Notes: generated from the letters alone by a model not told the origin. 63,433 bases of DNA, filler included, from Rozella allomycis CSF55 (GCA_000442015.1; 8 parts of 8 records of this genome joined end to end with filler, not necessarily neighbours in it); one strand, 5' to 3'; positions 50,252 to 63,433 are shown, counted from the first letter of the whole stretch. Program-made: numbers and translations.

Positions 50252-53200
50252 ATGGCAGATCAACTGTTTGGAGGTTCCGACAACGATCCTTTTGCGACGA
50301 TAAGTAAGACGAGTGTTTGAATGTTATTTGTAGAGGCAAGTGACTTTAACAAGGATACGCAGCCAGGAGACAATGTGCAAACTGTGCAAAATGGCGAGAC
50401 TGTGGGGCAGGGTGAGCAGCAGTATTACTATTATTACGATGAGAGTGGGAATGTGGTTTATTATGATCCGAATGATCCTGCGTATGCTGGAATGTATTAT
50501 GGCGATGGCAGTGGGCAGTACCAGCAGGGATATGGGCAACAGGGATACCAGGAAGAGATGTATCAAGGAGAAGTGGTTCAGGGACAGGAATATCAACAAG
50601 AAGCTTATCAAGGAGAGGGATATCAACAGCAAGTATATCAGCAAGGAACGTATCAATATCAAGAAGGATATACTGAGCAAGTTGCATATCAAAATCCTGA
50701 TATTAATAACAATGCAGCGGCAGTTTACGAAGATGTTAATAATGGTTTTGGATACGATCAATCCGCGAACGTCAATGTGCATAATCAATATGATNGGCAG
50801 GGTGAGCAGCAGTATTACTATTATTACGATGAGAGTGGGAATGTGGTTTATTATGATCCGAATGATCCTGCGTATGCTGGAATGTATTATGGCGATGGCA
50901 GTGGGCAGTACCAGCAGGGATATGGGCAACAGGGATACCAGGAAGAGATGTATCAAGGAGAAGTGGTTCAGGGACAGGAATATCAACAAGAAGCTTATCA
51001 AGGAGAGGGATATCAACAGCAAGTATATCAGCAAGGAACGTATCAATATCAAGAAGGATATACTGAGCAAGTTGCATATCAAAATCCTGATATTAATAAC
51101 AATGCAGCGGCAGTTTACGAAGATGTTAATAATGGTTTTGGATACGATCAATCCGCGAACGTCAATGTGCATAATCAATATGATGTGAATGGTTCTTTTC
51201 AAATAAACAATAATGTGGCTCCACTTGGTAGTATAGTGATTGATGATGTGTTTGCTGTTGGGAGTGGTTGGAATTTGGATGACGATATTTTTAATGGAAT
51301 TGATATTGAGGAAAAGGAGGATAAAGGTATTGAAGGAAATGAAATCATGGGTGATCAAGAAGTCGAAGAGAATTTAAAGGATGAAACCAAAGATAATAAG
51401 AATGATGAAAGTTTGAACGTTGAAATCAAAGAAGAACAGTCATGTGCTAAAGATGAAGAAATTGAGAAGGTTGTGCAACAAGTAGATGATATTTTGCCTA
51501 CTACCAACGTTGAAGATATGACAATTGAAAATGATAAAGTGATATCATTGGTGGCACCAGTGGTTGAAGTAATAAATGAGCCTGTTACAGTGCAAAGTTT
51601 TGTTAATGAAGAAGATTTGATTATTGATGAGCTTCATGAATTAGTTTTAAATGAAAAGGAGAATTTAATGAGATATAAAGAAGATTTAAAAGTTGTTGAG
51701 AAAGCGATTCAAAGTAACGAGACTGATGTTGTTGAAGTTGAATTGAAAGAGAATGTTGATGAATTTACTAATGAAATTATCGTTGAAAGAAAAGAAAAAG
51801 TTGTTTCCAATGATTTAAAGGGTGAGGATGTGAGTGATCTACAATATAATATTCAAAGCCAATATGAACAGTCAAATCCAATCGAGTTTAGTAATGTTGA
51901 ATTTGATAAGCATATTAATCAATACGATGAACAATTCAATCAAAGTGGAAATCAACTTGTTGAGGAACCTAGTAACAATGTTGATGAAGAAGATTTTAAT
52001 GACACTGCATGGAATAACCAATATGAAGACTACAACCATCAACAGCAAGCTATGAACAATGAAGAGGTATTGAATGAGCAACATTTGACAGATCAAGTAT
52101 TCAATGAGCAACAGTTGAGTGAGCAAGTAAACTATACTGATCCACAGTATCAACAATACAATCAACAGCATGATGAGCAGTACAGTGAGCAATATAATGA
52201 GCAAGATAATGGGCAGTACATTGAAGAACGCGGTGAAGAGTTAAAAGAACCATACAATAAACAGTATAACGAGCAGTATAACGAGCAGTATAAAGAAGTG
52301 AATAATGGAGAACAATTAGTGAATGAATATTCAAATGAATTGTATACTGATCCATATCAACAGTCATTGGATGTGCATGAACAACAACCTTATGATCATT
52401 ATTATCAACAGCCTATTCANTATCATGAACAAGACAATGAAATTCATAATGAGCAGTACAGTGAGCAATATATTGAGCAAGATAATGGGCAGTACATTGA
52501 ACAACACGATGAAGAGTTAAAAGAACAATACAATGGGGAGTATAACGAGCAGTATAAAGAAGTTAATAATGGAGAAAAATTAGTGAATGAATATTCAAAT
52601 GAAGTGTTTACTGAAGGACAAGTTAATCCATATCAACAGCCATTGGATGATGTGCATGAACAACAACCTTATGATCATTATTATCAACAGCCTATTCAAG
52701 AAGGTGAATTAACGAATGAGTTTGAATACCAACAGCCCACAAGTGATGTGGCCTATGATCAAAGTAACGTTGAACAAGTGTACGCAGTTGATACTGGGAA
52801 TGAACAAACATATGCTATAGGCTATACAGAAGATCAAACTAATTACGAGCAAAATATTGATAATACACAATGGAATGACCAATATCAAGGGGATGATGTG
52901 CAATATCAAGCGGCAGTTAATGGAGAACAGTTCGATTATCAAAATGAGCAAACAGAAGTGGATTATCAACATGTTTCAAATGATCAATATCAACAACTAA
53001 ATGAACCAACGTATGAACAAGAGTATAACGAGTACTCTGAGAATCAAGTTGTGTACGGTGAAGAGTATAATCAGTATGAAACTGAAGGTACTAATAACTA
53101 TAATGAATATGATAATCAAAATGTTACGAATGAGAACTATAATAAGTATGAGACCCAAGTTGTTGAAGATATGAACTATAATGAGTATGTGAATCAAAAT

Positions 53201-55940
53201 GTTCAAGATGCAAATTACTACTACCCAACGTATTCTAATGACTACCCTACTACTAATGACTACCCCACTACTGCGAATGACTACCCTACTACTACTAATG
53301 ACTACCCCACTACTACTAATGATTACACAACTTCTCCTGCTAACACTTCTCCTGTTAATAGTGGGTATCCAGTGTTTGGTAATTCAGAGTCACCTAGTGT
53401 AATGTCAGAGATTGTTCAGGGGAATAAGAATACACCGCTGAATTTTGTGTCACAATCAGAGGTTGGCGACAAGGAATATAAGTTGTGTAAAAAGTGCAAG
53501 AGAAGCAATGAATTTGATGCCAATTTTTGTTCTAAATGTGGCAATAGATTATCAATTGAGCATAAAAGATCATTTTCAGCGCCTAAAACAATTTCAGCAA
53601 TTCCAACACCATTTGTGCCTAAATTAGAGCCAATTAAAAAGATTTCATTTCCAGTAATTTCATTTTCTCCAAATGGATCTTTAATAACAATATTTCCACA
53701 GAAACAACAGAGATTTGGAAATAATTCAATTTCTACTGTTTGGTTCCCTGGTCTAGTCAATGTGAAACCAGTTCATGAAATTATTAAAATTAATCATTTG
53801 AAACATCCATTGAAAAAGAAACAAGTTGCTTTGGATTATTTAAAGTTTGTTGATTCTTCTTTTTCTGTTATTTTGAAATCTCTACTAGAAAACAATTCAC
53901 AAAGTTTACTTGAGCAATTTAAAGAGTTTGAGAACATAAGAGATCTTAACTCCATTGATACTAACACTTTGATTGATACTAGCACTTTGATGGAACAACA
54001 TTCCAATATTAATTCAAATTCAAAAGACTTTTTTAGTTTGTTGGTTGAGGGTAAGAGAAAAGAAGCTGCGTTGGTTGCAGCAAACAACAATCAATGGACA
54101 CACGCATTCCTAATAGCATCACACACTGATAAAGAAACATTTTACAATCTAGTTTCTAAATATTCAAATCTAACATTAAATGACAATCCATTGCTTAAAT
54201 TTATTTATCTTTCTCTTTCTTCTGACTCTTCTGCTCTAAATGGTTTCAATCTTTCCTCCAGTTGGAAATCTCTGTTGTTTATTTTAATTAAAAATAATCT
54301 TTCTGTTAAACTATTGTTGGAGAAATTGTATTCTGAAGGTTTGTTTAATGAATATTTAATGGTAAACATGATTGCCAAGGAAAAGGACTTTCAGTTGCCA
54401 ATTGTTCATTTAGATTATTTAATCATTTATCAAATTTATGACTTTTCAATCAGTGCAACCAATTCAACATCTTTGAATTCTACATCTATGAATTCAACGT
54501 CTGTAAGTACAACGTCTATAAGTTCCGTTTATAAATTATGGTACGCTTGCCTCTTATTAGACTACGGCCTATCAGAAGATTCCTTCAGGTAACCACTCCA
54601 TCACCCATCAAATAGATTTTGTGACTCGCTAGCCCTGCAATTAAAAAACAAGGAAATTTCATTATCTAAATCATCTTTAAATTTATTATCAAACATGCAT
54701 GAAATGTTATCTGCCATGGGGAACGTTGCATTGTCTGAATCTTCTTCCTGGCTAAGCAAAATGCAAAGTGGGTTCATGGATGTCTTTGACAAGTCTTTAA
54801 ACAAAGTCATTGGGGATGTTGAAGACAAGAATATCAGTGGGAATACTAGGAAACAGTCTCAAGGTTTGAGTGAGAAAAGTTCCAATATGCAAACATCAAA
54901 TGTTCAGAGTTCTAGTGTGAAAACATCAAATAATTCTAATGTTTATCCTCAACAGCCAATTCAATCTAACGTATATCCTCAAGAATNGCAGTCGCAAAGT
55001 TTGAGTGAGAAAAGTTCCAATGTGCAAAGTTCTAGTGTGAAAAGTTCAAATACTTTTAATGTTTATCCTCAACAGCCAATTCAATCTAACGTATATCCTC
55101 AAGAATTAAATGGTTATACTGAATCTTCTTATCAGCCAAGTTCTGTTTATCCTCAGTATTCAACTCTACAATATCCGCAACAAACAACTTCTGCTTATAA
55201 CAACGATTCTTATCAACCTACTAGCTATCAACAATTCAATAATGAAACTGTACAAGATACATCCAACAATAGTTATCAACCAAGTTCATTTCAAGATACT
55301 CCAAATAATAGTTATCAACCAAGTTCATTTCAAGCAAATATTGGATATCAACCATCTTCTTATCAAGATACCAATGGATATCAACCATCTTCTTATCAAC
55401 CAGTCCAACAATCATCATATCAACCACAATCAACAGAAGATTCCACCCAATCGTACATTTCAGCCTCCCAATCAGTCTACGACTCGCCAACTCTAGACAC
55501 CCAAGATCAACACCAACCAGACCACCCAAATCAAAATCAACCAGAATCAGCCTCCCAGCAAAAACAAGACGAGAAAAAAGAACAAGGTAATTTCACACTT
55601 GCACATCTCAACAGGCTCCTACTTTTCTCTCTTTTCAAAATTCCTGCCAACACTCTCGTCATCCAATTCTACTGAAAAGAAACCAATTAAAGCTAACCTT
55701 GGAGATGAGAATAAGCTGGTGTATGACAAGGAACTGAAGAGATGGGTGCTGTCGAATGGAGAGCTGCCGGCTGCTGCACCTGCACCTGCGCCGCCGCCGA
55801 AACCTGCTGCTACTGCCGCTGCTCCCGTTGCTGGGACACCACAGAGTGTCAATTATAGAAGAGGTACGTGTTTGTGTTTTTGATTAGTAGGGGCTAAAAG
55901 AAGCGCAAAGGCGAAATATATCGACACTTTCAATCAATAA
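50252..55940 (+). CDS. SEC16: Sec16-like COPII/ER exit site protein (with N-join duplications)
   Basis: Long Y/Q/E-rich N-terminus, FSPNGSLIT, LLVEGKRKEA..WTHAFLIAS, YACLLLDYG, KANLGDENKLVYDKELKRWV, terminal AKYIDTF. Confidence 0.8.
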
Positions 55941-56149
55941 AGTCTTATTTGAATTAGTTATTTAGAGAACAGAATTTAATAATTTAAAAATGATAGTTTG
56001 GAGAGAATTAAAAATAATCATAAGATTGTGAAAGAATGTTTATTAATTCNNNNNNNNNNNNNNNNNNNNNNNNNNNNNNNNNNNNNNNNNNNNTTAATTA
56101 ATTAANNNNNNNNNNNNNNNNNNNNNNNNNNNNNNNNNNNNNNNNNNNN

Positions 56150-59100
56150 TATTAGGTACCTTTGAATAGTGGAATATCTTGAGCCAAAAATTTAGGCAAA
56201 TTAACATCAATAATAGATCTCAACACGAGAATATTTTCATTTTCATTTGGATATTTTTGTTTTAAATTTCCAGCAGCTGAAATAACAGATTTAACTGCTC
56301 TCATTCCATAATCATAATGATCCTGTGATGATAACTGTTCTGAACATAATCTATACGTTGCTGTTATCTTGACTGCTAATCCTTTGGCACCTCTAAAGCC
56401 AAATGAATACAATGATATTTCTGCTATCAATGTATAATTAGGCACCATCTTTGTTACATTTAATATAATTTAGGATTACCATTGCTACTGGTCTAAATAA
56501 TGCTTTCAAATTGTCTGGTAATTCTGATCTACCAGCATACCCACTTACATTAAACTCAATTAATAATATTACGGATTCATTGTAATAAAGACAGCACAAT
56601 GATCATTTAATTTTAATTCAGTTCCTTCAAACACAAATGTTACTGAATGATTTATTTTAGCTCTTTGTATTGTCAATATCTGTTGAGCAACTACTGAAAG
56701 TACTTCCAAATCTACATTCAAGATGAATAAATTAGTTTACCTATATAACATCCTATCATCTTAGTTTACCTATTCTGTTAAATTCATCAAAACATATCCA
56801 TGACCCACTACTAGCTATTCCCTTGAAAAACTTTCCCATGCTAATGTAATCTAAACTATCTGAACAATTATAAACAACACAAAACATTCCCAATGCTTTG
56901 GCTAAATCTTTAACTGATTCTGTCTTTCCTGTTCCTATCAATCTCAAATCTATAAATGAAGTACCAGCTGGACCTTCAGGTGCGCCACCTAGATTCAATT
57001 GTAGAGCACCAAACAATGTTCTGTAGCAACGATCAGTCAATGGTGTAATAACCAATCTACTAGTATTACCTTGATAAAGTAGTAGAAACTGTATTTTACC
57101 TTTAATGTTAAATAGATATCATTGTTACCTTTGATTTTAAATAGATACCCCACTTACCTATTCTATTTCAGTTTTACCACACTTACCTATTCTATTTCAA
57201 TTTTACTTCACTTACCTAAATACTCAAATCCATATGGCAAACTAGAATTCATCATCTTAACAACAATCCCATCAACACTATCAAAATAATACCTCAACTG
57301 ACTCGTCCACTCAAAACTAGTAATCTCCTCCACCTTCATCTCCACCAGCTGCCCAACAACTTCCTTTGCATGCACATCAATAACAATCTGCGCCTCCATA
57401 TTAATCCTATTCAATTTGCTCAAATTCCCACGAACCATATCAACATATTTATTCAACCGCTCTGTACTCTTCACCAAATACTTGCTCAATGAGTCCTTTT
57501 CCTTTTTGTTTGAAATCGCTTCCTCAACTTCCATGGTCCAGTACGCTTGACTCGTCGCTATTATTATTTGGCCAGGCCATTTTAAAACCCATTTGCTCCT
57601 TTCTGTTACCAGATAGTCATTGTAACATTCATTGGAGATTGTTTTGAGACTTGATATCATTGTTTTTTCTACATCCACTAGCCATCTTTCTACCGCTCCA
57701 TTGGTCTTTGATGTATTGATTGTTGAATCAAATTTAACATACTCTTTCTCTGCTGAATACTTTTTCAAGTTTATTTCTATTTATTTACCATTCCTGTTAT
57801 ATCATAGTTTGGTTGGAACTCTAATGCATTTAACCCTTCAAAACACTTCTTTAAATGTGGTTGGATTCTGGTGCAGTCTCTAGTTTCAGATAAGATTAGC
57901 AACATTTCATCATTTGAAAGAAAAAAGAATCTTGGAAAGAATAATCTCTTTGTTTCCAAATACTGATTCAACCCTTATTTCATGTACACCCATTTCATTA
58001 CCTATATCACTTCAACTGCAACTAAATTACCTTTCATGACAATCTCTAAATCTTCATTGCTCTGCTTCAGCTTGTTCAACATATCCTCAATTTCAATAAC
58101 CTTCAAAACATGACAATCACTCGCCACAAGCTTAATCAACTCTCTCAACGTAGAATCAACCAACTGAAACTTTTTTCCTTCAACAGGCATCTGTCTCATA
58201 ATATCCTCACTTCCAAAGATCGGCTCCAAATACAACCAACTACTCTGCACATTCAACCATTCATCCAATATCTCTTGAATCAATATCAACTTGTTCTCCC
58301 ATTCTTTAGCTTCACTCTCCAATGCCTTGATAAACGGCGATCCCCTCATCGTCTGTGTTTTAACCAAATGGTCATCCAACAATGTCTGAATATCTTCAAC
58401 TGAACTCAGAATCTTTGTGCCTGTTTCTCTATAATCAATCAACACAAATTCAATCGGTTGCCACTCTGATATCATCTTGGAAAACGCCTTTTCAAACGAA
58501 TATTCTTTACTCGCTCGCACAGTAATCTCTTCAAATTTATCCATAAAAGACTCCAACTTCATCTCCAATACCATCTCCAAACTAGTCTTGTCATCAGGAT
58601 GGAATGAATAGCCAACTATTCTACTCATCTCCTCCCAATGTCTATCTCTCAACCCCGGATTGCTCAGTATTTGTATTATCGGCAAATTCAACTTGAACTT
58701 TTCCAACGATTCTCTCGTCTTATTCGTAATCTCCAATGGCAGGGGTTTATCTTGAAAGACTTGCGATATTTGATATAAATTTTTATACATTGTTGAAACT
58801 TGCTCTTCAATCTCATCAGAATTCAACTTCAAAATTGATCCAGTCATCCACAAACTCAAATTCTTTTGAAACTCAATACACGTCTGATAAAGAGTTAGAA
58901 ATGGTTTCGCGTTGCTCATTGTTTCATTCAGCAACGGATACTTGGTCACCTCCCATCCAAACACATTCTCCTCTCTATTAAATTCTTTCACTCTCTCTTC
59001 CAACACCTCCAATTTATTCTCAATCTTTTGCACAATCTTCAAATACTTTCCAACTTCATTCATCTCCCCAAACGTTTTAAACTCTTCAACCTGCTTGGAA

Positions 59101-59844
59101 TACTCTTCCAACTCATTAACCAAATTCTCTCTTCTTTCTCTCAATCTGTCTTGATTCTCAATCTTTGATTCACGCAAATTCTTCTCCACTTGCTCAAACA
59201 TCGGATCAATCTTTTGGGGCCATCCAAACAACTCGCTATTAATCTCAAAATCTTCCTTTTTCAAATCACAATGATCAATCATCAACACAAGTCTTTCTAA
59301 CATCTTTCATTCATTCTTACCTCCTTCTAGAATCCTCCAACTGATCATTCAAATCTCTCATATCTTTATTCTTCACTTGCTCCACAAACTGTTGCAACTC
59401 CAACATCTCATCAATCCCATTAGGTCTATTCAACATTTTCTCATATATTTTCTCAAACGTTTCTATTATCCTATCATTACAATCATCACACCCCCTTACT
59501 GTCTGCTAACATTCATATTATCCTTGGACACTTTATCACACGTTATCTCTATAAAATACTCACATCTCTCATTCATCACCTTAATCATCTTTCTCTTCCC
59601 CATCAATTCACCTTACCTCATCCTGATGCAATATTATATTCCGAAAATTCACATCTTCTCCAAACGAATACAGAATTTGATTAGATTCCCTTCGATACTT
59701 TTGTATTTCCTAAATTTCCTAAATATCAATCAAAAATACCGCAAATTGTCTATCAATTGAAACATCTGTTTTCAACAATTCTTTCAAATCACTTTCAGCA
59801 CTCCCATTAATAATCGCCTTGAATCTATCAAACTCTTTAATATA
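56150..59844 (-). CDS. Axonemal (inner-arm type) dynein heavy chain fragment: tail/linker and AAA1
   Basis: [72 protein letters not shown]. Confidence 0.93.
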
Positions 59845-59944
59845 NNNNNNNNNNNNNNNNNNNNNNNNNNNNNNNNNNNNNNNNNNNNTTAATTAATTAA
59901 NNNNNNNNNNNNNNNNNNNNNNNNNNNNNNNNNNNNNNNNNNNN

Positions 59945-61163
59945 AATCCGTCACCTCCATATGTAAAAGAATTAAACGGATTAGATGAAAGAAATATTCA
60001 AACTTTAAAATCAATGCCTTCTAGTATGTTAACTCAAGTTCAATTACCTGGACAATATGAGCCTTATGCTATTGTATATGCTGCATTTATTAAAAATAGA
60101 ACTAAGAGAAATGATCAAGAAGTTACACACTATGAAACTATTTATAATCATGAACCAAGAAATATTGTTCATTCCTTTGGGTGTCTAGTTGTTATCTATC
60201 TTTTTCCTGAAAAACGCCCAAAAAAGCTTAAGACTACGAAAGGAAAGTTTGGTTTGTTTTTAGGCATGAAGGGAAACAATATCTATAAGTGTTTTAATTT
60301 TGAAACAAAGAAAGTGTTAGAATATTATCATGTTGATTTTTATCCTAAATTTTTTCCTGGATTGACCGATTCAAAGTTAAAAGGGGAGAATTCATATCAT
60401 TATTAGAAAACGCATTTCAAAGTGACACAATTGTACAACGATATGAGACTGAAGCTTTAACTTTGAACTCTAGTAAGTTGAATATCACTCTACCAAGACC
60501 TATAAAAGAAAATATTAAATGGCCTTCTCAATCTAAATCAAATTATCCAAAACAAAATAATGTTTTAATCAAACGATCTGATTGTCGATCTCCGCCAAAA
60601 TCAGTAAAACAACCTATGGAAGGACCATTTAGAGAATATTTTATAACAGCCATGTATGAGGAAATGGGATCTTTAAAGAAACATAATACATGGAAAGTTG
60701 TCACTCCACCTCCTAATAGAAAGGTAATTCGATCAAAATGGGTATTTGATTATAAAGTTGATCAACATGGGTATATAGAAAGATTTAAGGATCGCTTGGT
60801 TGCTATGGGTAACCAACAGGTTGAAGATATAGATTATAAATCCACTTTTTCCCCTGTCGTCAAAATCCAATCTGTTAGATATATTCTTTCTCTTTCTGTT
60901 TTACAAGGGTGGATCATTGAACAAATTGATATTAATACTGCGTTTCTATATGGCAAANCGTTGCTATATGGAAAACTTTCAGAACCCAATTTCATGAAGC
61001 TCCCAACTGGTTTTGAAGAATATCATAAAGAAACAAAAGTTGAAATGGTTGCTCAATTACTTCAATCTCTTCATGGTTTACATCAAGCATCGTCGGAATG
61101 TTACAAAACTTTTAGTCAATATGTGTCTGATTCTGGACTAATTGCCTGCAAAAGTGAACCATG
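59945..61163 (+). pseudogene. Second copia pol fragment (integrase C-terminus and RT)
   Basis: FGCLV..GLFLG; AMYEEM..NTW..SKWVF..RLVAMG..TFSPVV..IDINTAFLYG; stops and frameshifts. Confidence 0.85.
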
Positions 61164-61263
61164 NNNNNNNNNNNNNNNNNNNNNNNNNNNNNNNNNNNNN
61201 NNNNNNNTTAATTAATTAANNNNNNNNNNNNNNNNNNNNNNNNNNNNNNNNNNNNNNNNNNNN

Positions 61264-61691
61264 TCGATGAAATATCTTACCGGCAACATATGATAAATCA
61301 TACTAGCAAAGTTTCTGTTTGCGAAGTTTGCTTCAGGAACTTTCCCACTCAACTTTCTCTTGTTCAGCATTTTGTTGAAAATCATCAGAATATTTTGAAT
61401 CCGCCAAAGCAAAATGCCAATGATGTCCAAAAGAAAAGGCGCGATGACACAGCCAATAAGTCTAAAGAAACAAAAGCGAAACTTTCTTATGCTTGCCCAG
61501 AGTGCGGTAAAGAGTGGCCTACACCGTCCCATGTAGAAAGGCACATGACAGTTCACACTAAACAGAAATCGTATCAATGCCCGCGCTGCCATAAATTATT
61601 TTCCCGTAAAGATAACTTAAGAACTCATATGAATAAAACGATGAAATGCAAGTTAAAAGATAATGATGAGGGAATGCCCTACCTAACGTAA
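61264..61691 (+). CDS. C2H2 zinc-finger protein (5' end possibly truncated)
   Basis: CEVC..HFVENH, CPEC..HMTVH, CPRC..FSRKDNLRTH. Confidence 0.85.
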
Positions 61692-62111
61692 TAAAATTAA
61701 CCGCGCAGCGGTGTTAAACAAAATTGATTGAGAAGATTATGTTTAATGAAATGGAAGGATATTGATTGGCTTAAATATGATTTATTAGATTGAATGTTTA
61801 ATGAATTTCAACGTATTCACCCATGAGTGCATTTCGACAGTATCTCTTGCCATGAGCACAAACTTTTTCTCTGCAAATTTAATTTGAAATACTGCGGTTT
61901 CTTCATCCATAACTTTTACGATCGTATCTTTTTCGATCTTGTATTCTTTCACATCTGTAGAATCCTTTGATTTAAAGTAGATGAAGGATGTCCCTTCAAC
62001 TTCAAAGTATCTCAGATACCAATTGAAATTCAANTGTTAAACAATATTTTCGGCAATTGATTGAGAAGATTATGTTAATGAAAAGTTATTGACTGGCTTA
62101 AATATGATTTA

Positions 62112-63433
62112 TTAGATTGAATGTTTGATGAATTTCAACGTATTCACCCATGAGTGCATTTCGACCGTATCTCTTGCCATGAGCACAAACTTTTTCTCTG
62201 CAAATTTAATTTGAAATACTGCGGTTTCTTCATCCATAACTTTTATGATCGTATCTTTTTCGATTTTATATTCTTTCAAATCCGTAGAATCCTTTGATTT
62301 AAAGTAGGTAAAGGATGTCCCTTCAACTTCAAAGTATCTCAGATACCAATTGAAATTCAATGGCATTTTGGAGCCTGATTTTCCCAATTGACCTTTAATA
62401 GAGAGCATTTCCTTTTTCACTTCAGCTTTAGCAGATTTAGAAGAGGCGGAAACAGTCCTTTCAAGTGCCTTGTCAACCAGATCTTTGATATACGCCATGA
62501 AAAATGGCTGCTTACCTGTCTGCACTTGAGCATCAACCTTTTCAACCTTTGTCAATTTTGGGAACCAGCCAACCTTTTCAACTTCAGCACCAACGTTGTT
62601 TGGCAATGTGTCATCTTCCTCCTCGTTTTCGTTAGTTTGGCAGGCTGTGTCATTCTTTGCGGAAAATGGCCACCAACCGACCCAATTGGAATCCTTTTCC
62701 ACACCTTCAACCATGTCATCGTCTTCCGAGGATGGAGCTGGTAGTGCATTTTCAGGTATTTCAATAGCTTCCCCTACTACTTCAAGATCGTCTTCGACAG
62801 CTGAATCGTTGTCAGCTTTTCCATCCAAAAATATCTGGTACGTTTCCTTATGAGCCTCAAAATCGAATGGTTTAAAATTTTCGATAGCCTCTTCAAAGGC
62901 ATCCATCCAGTTATCAAATTGGAGTTGACAAACGATCAAAAAGGANACATCTTTAGGTATTTCAATAACTTCCCCTACTACTTCAAGGTCGTCTTCGACA
63001 GCTGAATCGTTGTCTGCCTTTCCATCCAAAAATATCTGGTACGTTTCTTTGTGAGCCTCAAAATCGAATGGTTTGGAATTTTCGATAGCCTCTTGGAAGG
63101 CATCCATCCAGTTATCAAATTGGAGTTGACAAACGATCAAAAAGGATGTGCCATCTTTCATGACAAGCTCGATGGCATGTTCCTTTTCTTTGGATTGTTT
63201 CACTTCTTTGACGTCGTTTAGAAGAACAAGAACGTTTACCTGGCGCATGTATTCATCGTCGTAAAAAGCTAGAATGTTTCCATGCAAAGTGGCGATGGTC
63301 ATTTGACGTGCGAGTTCACCTGAAGCTTGCCCATTTTTGAGATATCGTTTGTAGTAAGCTTCTAAAGAATCAAAGGGAATTGGATCTTTATGGATGACTG
63401 CGTGATTCTTGCGCCAAGTGAAAAGACGACCGG
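62112..63433 (-). CDS. Tandem PH-domain protein (5' end beyond window; 3' part duplicated at 61785-62033)
   Basis: KGQLGKSG..WYLRYF..YFK..EMHSWVNTL, plus an upstream PH-like unit ending FDNWMDAF. Confidence 0.75.
   Translation of the reverse strand, partial: GRLFTWRKNHAVIHKDPIPFDSLEAYYKRYLKNGQASGELARQMTIATLHGNILAFYDDEYMRQVNVLVLLNDVKEVKQSKEKEHAIELVMKDGTSFLIVCQLQFDNWMDAFQEAIENSKPFDFEAHKETYQIFLDGKADNDSAVEDDLEVVGEVIEIPKDXSFLIVCQLQFDNWMDAFEEAIENFKPFDFEAHKETYQIFLDGKADNDSAVEDDLEVVGEAIEIPENALPAPSSEDDDMVEGVEKDSNWVGWWPFSAKNDTACQTNENEEEDDTLPNNVGAEVEKVGWFPKLTKVEKVDAQVQTGKQPFFMAYIKDLVDKALERTVSASSKSAKAEVKKEMLSIKGQLGKSGSKMPLNFNWYLRYFEVEGTSFTYFKSKDSTDLKEYKIEKDTIIKVMDEETAVFQIKFAEKKFVLMARDTVEMHSWVNTLKFIKHSI

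Noticed and set aside
50405-51183. Exact ~390-bp tandem duplication in Sec16 (and similar ones at 10067-10715, 28400-28850 and 61715-62360)
   Set aside because: Copies are separated by a single N, which is typical of unmerged overlapping contigs or haplotypes rather than real duplication.
50324-51358. Long antisense and alternate-frame ORFs (344 aa and 282 aa) over Sec16
   Set aside because: Shadow ORFs of low-complexity Y/Q-rich coding sequence.

Overview
AT-rich eukaryotic genomic DNA, not prokaryotic. The ~27-31 nt GT-AG introns, flagellar genes (axonemal dynein, CFAP99-like) and fungal-type housekeeping genes suggest an early-diverging flagellated fungus or Rozella-like parasite (inference). 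The window is eight separate contigs or scaffolds joined by artificial 100-nt N/TTAATTAATTAA/N linkers. Many single-N joins duplicate adjacent allelic or paralogous segments, so copy numbers are inflated. Bases 1-32 kb are nested mobile DNA: a full-length Ty1/copia element (LTRs, half-tRNA PBS, PPT, 5-bp TSD) inside a Helitron helicase remnant, a MULE inside a hAT remnant, solo-LTR-like repeats, and tyrosine recombinase and Ulp1 fragments. Top candidate 1 is an apparent TIR-bounded multi-copy element (~13.2-28.8 kb, present as a mosaic of copies) that combines a Mutator-type DDE/SWIM transposase with a PrimPol-type primase-polymerase, a divergent SF3 helicase, a 268-bp tandem repeat and a 2OG-Fe(II) dioxygenase; it may be a self-replicating DNA transposon. 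Top candidate 2 is three dynein introns built from back-to-back 28-30-nt GT-AG mini-introns (2, 5 and 2 units), suggesting recursive splicing across zero-length exons. Bases 33-56 kb hold putative secreted effectors (including a signal-peptide kinase) and DUS1, WDR83, trehalase, CFAP99, MCM5 and SEC16.
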